A DNA stretch of 64,000 bases from Gaiellaceae bacterium (GTDB lineage: Bacteria > Actinomycetota > Thermoleophilia > Gaiellales > Gaiellaceae): the NCBI GenBank assembly GCA_035630545.1, contig DASQKK010000084.1:3405-67404 (forward strand), given 5' to 3'. The translations under genes and the position numbers were made by a program. How positions within the stretch are numbered: the first letter of the stretch is position 1; each line of letters begins with the position of its first letter. Of the stretch, positions 60,962 through 64,000 are shown piece by piece. The notes beneath the pieces were generated by a model that worked only from the letters and a program-made list of their open reading frames with translations, had not been told where the DNA came from and searched no databases.

Positions 60962-61485
60962 CAGGGATAGATGGTCACCGTGCGATCGAGGTCGAGCAGC
61001 GGCGTCTCGCCGTCGAGCAGTTGGACACTCTGGGGCCGGCGGCCGACCTCGGTCGGGTTGACCTGGAAGTGGAGGAAGAGGACGTACTCCGTCCCGGCGC
61101 GGACGTGTCCGAGATCGAAGGCGATCTTGCCGTCCCGGCTCGCCTCGCCGACGGGAGACGGGACGACGGTGTTCAGGGTGATCCCCTCGACCCAGCCCGG
61201 ATCGAGCACGAGCGTGGCCGCCTCGACCTCCCGCTCGGCGCGGATCGTGAACCGAGACATGAAAAAGAGGCCGCTGCGGACGCGCTCCGGGGAGTAGACC
61301 TCGAGCTCGACGCCGTCGGCGGCGGCCGTCTCGGTCTGGGGCTGCTGGCCGAACGCGTTCGAGAGGCCGAGCAGGCACAGGAGCCCGAGCACCGACAGCA
61401 CCGCCCAGCGGATGAACGGACGGCGCTCCCGGCCGACGAGATCGCGGTGCCGTCTCAGGGTCAGCTGGTCCGGCGCAGAGGCCAC
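60961..61485 (-). CDS. hypothetical membrane-anchored protein
   Basis: ORF track, 174 aa. One N-terminal TM helix and a beta-rich ectodomain. The stop overlaps the DUF421 start by 1 nt. Confidence 0.65.
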   Translation of the reverse strand: MASAPDQLTLRRHRDLVGRERRPFIRWAVLSVLGLLCLLGLSNAFGQQPQTETAAADGVELEVYSPERVRSGLFFMSRFTIRAEREVEAATLVLDPGWVEGITLNTVVPSPVGEASRDGKIAFDLGHVRAGTEYVLFLHFQVNPTEVGRRPQSVQLLDGETPLLDLDRTVTIYP

Positions 61486-61552
61486 CCGGAGCAGTTCGCC
61501 CGGAGCGAGAGCTCTCCTACCGGGGGAGGCCGCTACACTAGGCCGTCTCCGG

Positions 61553-61625
61553 GCGCCCGTAGCTCAGGGGATAGAGCGCTGCCCTGCGGAGGCAGAGGTC
61601 GCACGTTCGAATCGTGCCGGGCGCA
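61553..61625 (+). tRNA. tRNA-Arg, anticodon GCG
   Basis: Hand-folded cloverleaf: acceptor GCGCCCG/CGGGCGC, D arm GCTC-AGGGGATA-GAGC, anticodon arm CTGCC-CTGCGGA-GGCAG, variable AGGTC, T arm GCACG-TTCGAAT-CGTGC, discriminator A. CCA is not encoded. Confidence 0.9.
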
Positions 61626-61646
61626 TCGCACCGCCGCGGCGAAGCT

Positions 61647-62162
61647 CTAGGCGCCGAGGGTGCCGGCGAGTGCCGACCCGACGATCGCCCACATCGCGAC
61701 GTAGGGAATCGCGTAGGCGATCGCCCCGAGCACGACTCGGCGCTCTCCGACCGGCGTGCCGCCGATGACGCGGGCAAGGGCGGCGACGAGGATCGGGTTG
61801 GCCACTGCCGCGGCGAACGCGTACGAGCGGTCCGAGCCACGCTGGAGCCACGCCACCGGGCGCGCGAGCAGGCGGCTCGCCCGCATCGTCTCGAGCCGCC
61901 GCTCGATCCGCGCGCCGTTGCCCGCGAACCAGTCATCCCAGTGGCGATCGGTCCAGCGGCAGCAGCCGATCACGAGGAGGAGGACGACGGCGATCGTGGC
62001 GGCCGCGTAGACGAGCGAGGGCCGGAAGAAGGCCGCGAGCAGCGCGATGGGCAATCCGAGCAGGATGCTGTCGAAGAACGCGAACCCCACGACGGCGGTA
62101 CCGACGACACCGGTACGTGCGGCGCTCACGGCACTGTGCGGCGAGTCGGGCGGCGGGGCCAT
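61647..62162 (-). CDS. hypothetical polytopic membrane protein
   Basis: ORF 61647..62249, start taken at MAPPPDSP so that it does not overlap the upstream gene. Confidence 0.6.
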   Translation of the reverse strand: MAPPPDSPHSAVSAARTGVVGTAVVGFAFFDSILLGLPIALLAAFFRPSLVYAAATIAVVLLLVIGCCRWTDRHWDDWFAGNGARIERRLETMRASRLLARPVAWLQRGSDRSYAFAAAVANPILVAALARVIGGTPVGERRVVLGAIAYAIPYVAMWAIVGSALAGTLGA

Positions 62163-62187
62163 CACGCCGTGTATCGGCAGCGACGCG

Positions 62188-62928
62188 CTACGACACGAGG
62201 TCGAGCTCCGCGCCCTCGGGAACCTCCCGGCGAACGTAGGCGAGCGCAACCACGCGGTCGCCGTCCCGGGCGGCGCTCGTGACGCGCCCGACGGCCTTGC
62301 CCTCGTAGACGAGCTCGCTGTCGGGCGCCGGCAGCTCGGCGAGCTCGAGGACGCGCAGCCCGCGGTTCGCGTGGCCGCGGTAGTGCAGCCGCGCGATCGG
62401 CTCCTGGCCCGGATAGCAACCCTTGGTGAAGCTGACCGCCCGCTCGGTCAGCCCGGCCTCGGCAGGAAGGACGCGGTCGTCGATCTCCTTGCCCCAGGCG
62501 GGGGTGCCCGCGCGGATGCGAAGCAGCTCCAGCTCGTCCGCCGAGACCGTCGGCTCGAGCGCCGCGTCGAGCAGCTCAGCCGCCGGCTCGCCGTAGTCGC
62601 GCGTCGGGATTCCCTCACCTCCGAAGACGACGTGGGAGGTGTGCTCCTCCGGCTCGATCTCCGCCTTGGCGGCGAAGCGAGAGCGGACGAGCTCGGCCCG
62701 GACGCGCTCGCCCAGGTCGGGCTCCGTCAGGAGCAGGAAGTCCTCGTGGCCGCGGCGGAGGACGACCAGCGGTGCGATCACACGCGCTTTCGGCGTCAGC
62801 AGCAGCGCCTCGCACGACTCGCCAGGGCCGAGCGCGGCGATGTCGTTCGAGACCATCCGGTCGAGATACTCCTCGGCGGCAGGGCCCGAGACGCGGACGA
62901 AGGAGCGGGGACGGAACGCGACGCGCAT
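62188..62928 (-). CDS. ygfZ: YgfZ/GcvT-like folate-binding protein
   Basis: ORF track, 246 aa. Signature KGCYPGQE. Confidence 0.85.
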   Translation of the reverse strand: MRVAFRPRSFVRVSGPAAEEYLDRMVSNDIAALGPGESCEALLLTPKARVIAPLVVLRRGHEDFLLLTEPDLGERVRAELVRSRFAAKAEIEPEEHTSHVVFGGEGIPTRDYGEPAAELLDAALEPTVSADELELLRIRAGTPAWGKEIDDRVLPAEAGLTERAVSFTKGCYPGQEPIARLHYRGHANRGLRVLELAELPAPDSELVYEGKAVGRVTSAARDGDRVVALAYVRREVPEGAELDLVS

Positions 62929-62948
62929 CCCTGGTTACTGTAGAGACG

Positions 62949-63554
62949 GTGTTCAGGTCGAAAGCGGAAAGGAAGGTCCTCGAGGCGGGCTACGACCCGG
63001 CCCGGCTCCCGCCCGGCCAGTACCTGACGGAGAAGTGGCCGGTGCTGCATGCCGGCTCGATCCCGTCGACCGACCTGGCGACGTGGACGTTCGAGGTCTC
63101 GGGCGAGGTCGAGAGCCCCGTCACGCTCTCGTGGGACGAGCTGAACGCCCTGCCGCGGACCGAGCACACCCAGGACATCCACTGCGTCACGCGCTGGTCG
63201 AAGTTCGACATGACCTTCTCGGGGATCCACTGGCGCGAGGTCGAGGAGCTCGTCCGGCCGACGCCGGGCGCACGCTTCGCGATCGCGCACGCCGAGCAGG
63301 GCTTCACCGCGAACGTGCCGATCTCGTTCCTGCGCGACGAGCACGCGCTGCTCGCCACGCACGCGAACGGCGAGCCGCTCGGCGCCGAGCACGGCTACCC
63401 GCTCAGGCTCGTGATCCCCGGCAAGTACTTCTGGAAGAGCGCGAAGTGGCTGCGTGGGATCGAGCTCTCGGCGACCGACAAGCCTGGCTTCTGGGAGCGC
63501 TACGGCTACCACAACGACGCCGACCCGTTCGCCGAGCAGCGCTACCAGTTCTGA
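62949..63554 (+). CDS. sulfite-oxidase-like molybdopterin oxidoreductase domain protein
   Basis: GTG in frame with ORF 62772..63554. DIHCVTRWS, GYPLRLVIPGKYFWKSAKWL. Confidence 0.85.
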   Translation: MFRSKAERKVLEAGYDPARLPPGQYLTEKWPVLHAGSIPSTDLATWTFEVSGEVESPVTLSWDELNALPRTEHTQDIHCVTRWSKFDMTFSGIHWREVEELVRPTPGARFAIAHAEQGFTANVPISFLRDEHALLATHANGEPLGAEHGYPLRLVIPGKYFWKSAKWLRGIELSATDKPGFWERYGYHNDADPFAEQRYQF

Positions 63555-63558
63555 CAGC

Positions 63559-63583
63559 GTGGGGGAGCCCATGGTTCCCCCAC
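63559..63583 (+). terminator. hairpin directly after the oxidoreductase stop
   Basis: GTGGGGGA-GCCCATGGT-TCCCCCAC, starting 5 nt after the TGA. No U tract. Confidence 0.4.
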
Positions 63584-63629
63584 GGACCCCCTCCTTCTTC
63601 GCGAGCGCAGCTGAGAACGTTCGTCGGGC

Positions 63630-63655
63630 CTCCCGCCGGGCAAAGCCCGGCTCCG
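63630..63655. repeat. short hairpin repeat, copy C
   Basis: CTCCCGCCGGGCAAAGCCCGGCTCCG, identical to 13281..13306. Confidence 0.55.
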
Positions 63656-63786
63656 GCCACCAGCCGCGTCGCGTTGGAGCAGCGTCTCGAATCGCTGCCA
63701 GCTGACAGATCACTCGTTCGAGTGACTACGGCGGCCGCGGCGGGCGCCGATACCTGGGCTACCCACCTCCCCCAGTTTCACCCCTC

Positions 63787-63820
63787 GAAGACCCGGCCCC
63801 TACCGGGTCTTCACTTTTGG
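63787..63820 (+). terminator. intrinsic-terminator-like hairpin with a U tract
   Basis: GAAGACCCGG-CCCCTA-CCGGGTCTTC followed by ACTTTTGG. Confidence 0.5.
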
Positions 63821-63917
63821 ACCGGCGACGGCTTGCCCCCGTCGACGTGCGTCGTCGACAATCACGCGCATGGCGCGTCCTCAACCGCTCCCGTCGCTCC
63901 CCGACTCCGGTGACCGG

Positions 63918-64000
63918 ATGGCACGACGCGAGTTCGCGCTCCGCCGTGTCGACGAGCAGATCGAGTGGTACGAGTCGCACTCAGCCCGGCAATGGTGGGC
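63918..64000 (+). CDS. possible DUF4231 (SLATT-like 2-TM) protein, N-terminus only; runs off the window
   Basis: MARREFALRRVDEQIEWYESHSARQWW resembles the conserved DUF4231 N-terminus (..L..QI.WY...S...). Only 27 codons are visible. Confidence 0.4.
   Translation, partial: MARREFALRRVDEQIEWYESHSARQWW

Noticed and set aside
63571-63705. 44-codon plus-strand ORF (MVPPRTPSFFASAAENV...) after the sulfite-oxidase-like gene
   Set aside because: By hand count, third-position GC is clearly lower than in neighbouring genes. The ATG lies inside a terminator-like hairpin, and the ORF spans the hairpin repeat. I treat the region as non-coding.
1-64000. Mobile elements, prophage, CRISPR arrays, rRNA and classical toxin-antitoxin or restriction systems
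   Set aside because: I recognised no integrase, transposase, recombinase, Cas, phage structural or rRNA-like sequences in any frame. The only repeats seen are the short hairpin family and the E2 inverted repeats.

Overview
This is a very GC-rich (by eye above 70%; not computed), densely coding chromosomal segment. I saw no rRNA, CRISPR array, transposase or integrase. Gene content (acVLRF1, futalosine-type MqnA/MqnD, PuuD urate hydroxylase, CHRD proteins, many GTG starts and 1-4 nt stop/start overlaps) suggests a high-GC Actinomycetota, possibly Thermoleophilia- or Rubrobacteria-like; this is inference only. I call about 80 CDS, one tRNA-Arg, several strong convergent-gene terminator hairpins and a small family of hairpin repeats.

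Main blocks:
- hemB (partial), M23-like protein and YmdB.
- An envelope glycosylation set: GT87-like, GT-C-like and GtrA.
- A PRC-barrel, Pcm and AlkP-family operon.
- Two convergent CHRD proteins.
- A long minus-strand array: TetR, lipid kinase, PadR, hydrolase, S41 peptidase, then a 2-oxoacid dehydrogenase E1alpha, E1beta, E2 operon interrupted by GNAT and HIRAN genes.
- paaABCD with a PaaR-like TetR.
- A TetR/MFS efflux pair with operator palindromes.
- NlpC/P60 behind a roughly 700 nt structured leader.
- A non-phosphorylative sugar-acid pathway cluster: FAH, IlvD/Edd, SMP-30 lactonase, GlcD-like oxidase, SDR and MDR dehydrogenase.
- ppa, MutS2, acVLRF1 and an AidB-like ACAD.
- A crotonase/GNAT/EthD operon.
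- A large purine and urate catabolism cluster: xanthine dehydrogenase, deaminase, UraH, UraD, PuuD, DUF3830, GGT, cupin and an AllC-like hydrolase.
- ALDH, thiolase, MqnA/D and a DtxR-family regulator.
- A DUF4231 (SLATT-like) gene cut by the window end.

Most notable observations:
- A SelW/Rdx-like ORF with an in-frame TGA and a SECIS-like hairpin, missed by the ORF track.
- MutS2 tail-to-tail with a Vms1-like peptidyl-tRNA hydrolase.
- HIRAN and GNAT genes embedded in the dehydrogenase operon.
- 21-nt inverted repeats bracketing the E2 subunit-binding domain.

Coordinates taken from the ORF track are exact. Coordinates I counted by hand (internal starts, RNAs, hairpins) may be off by 1-2 nt.
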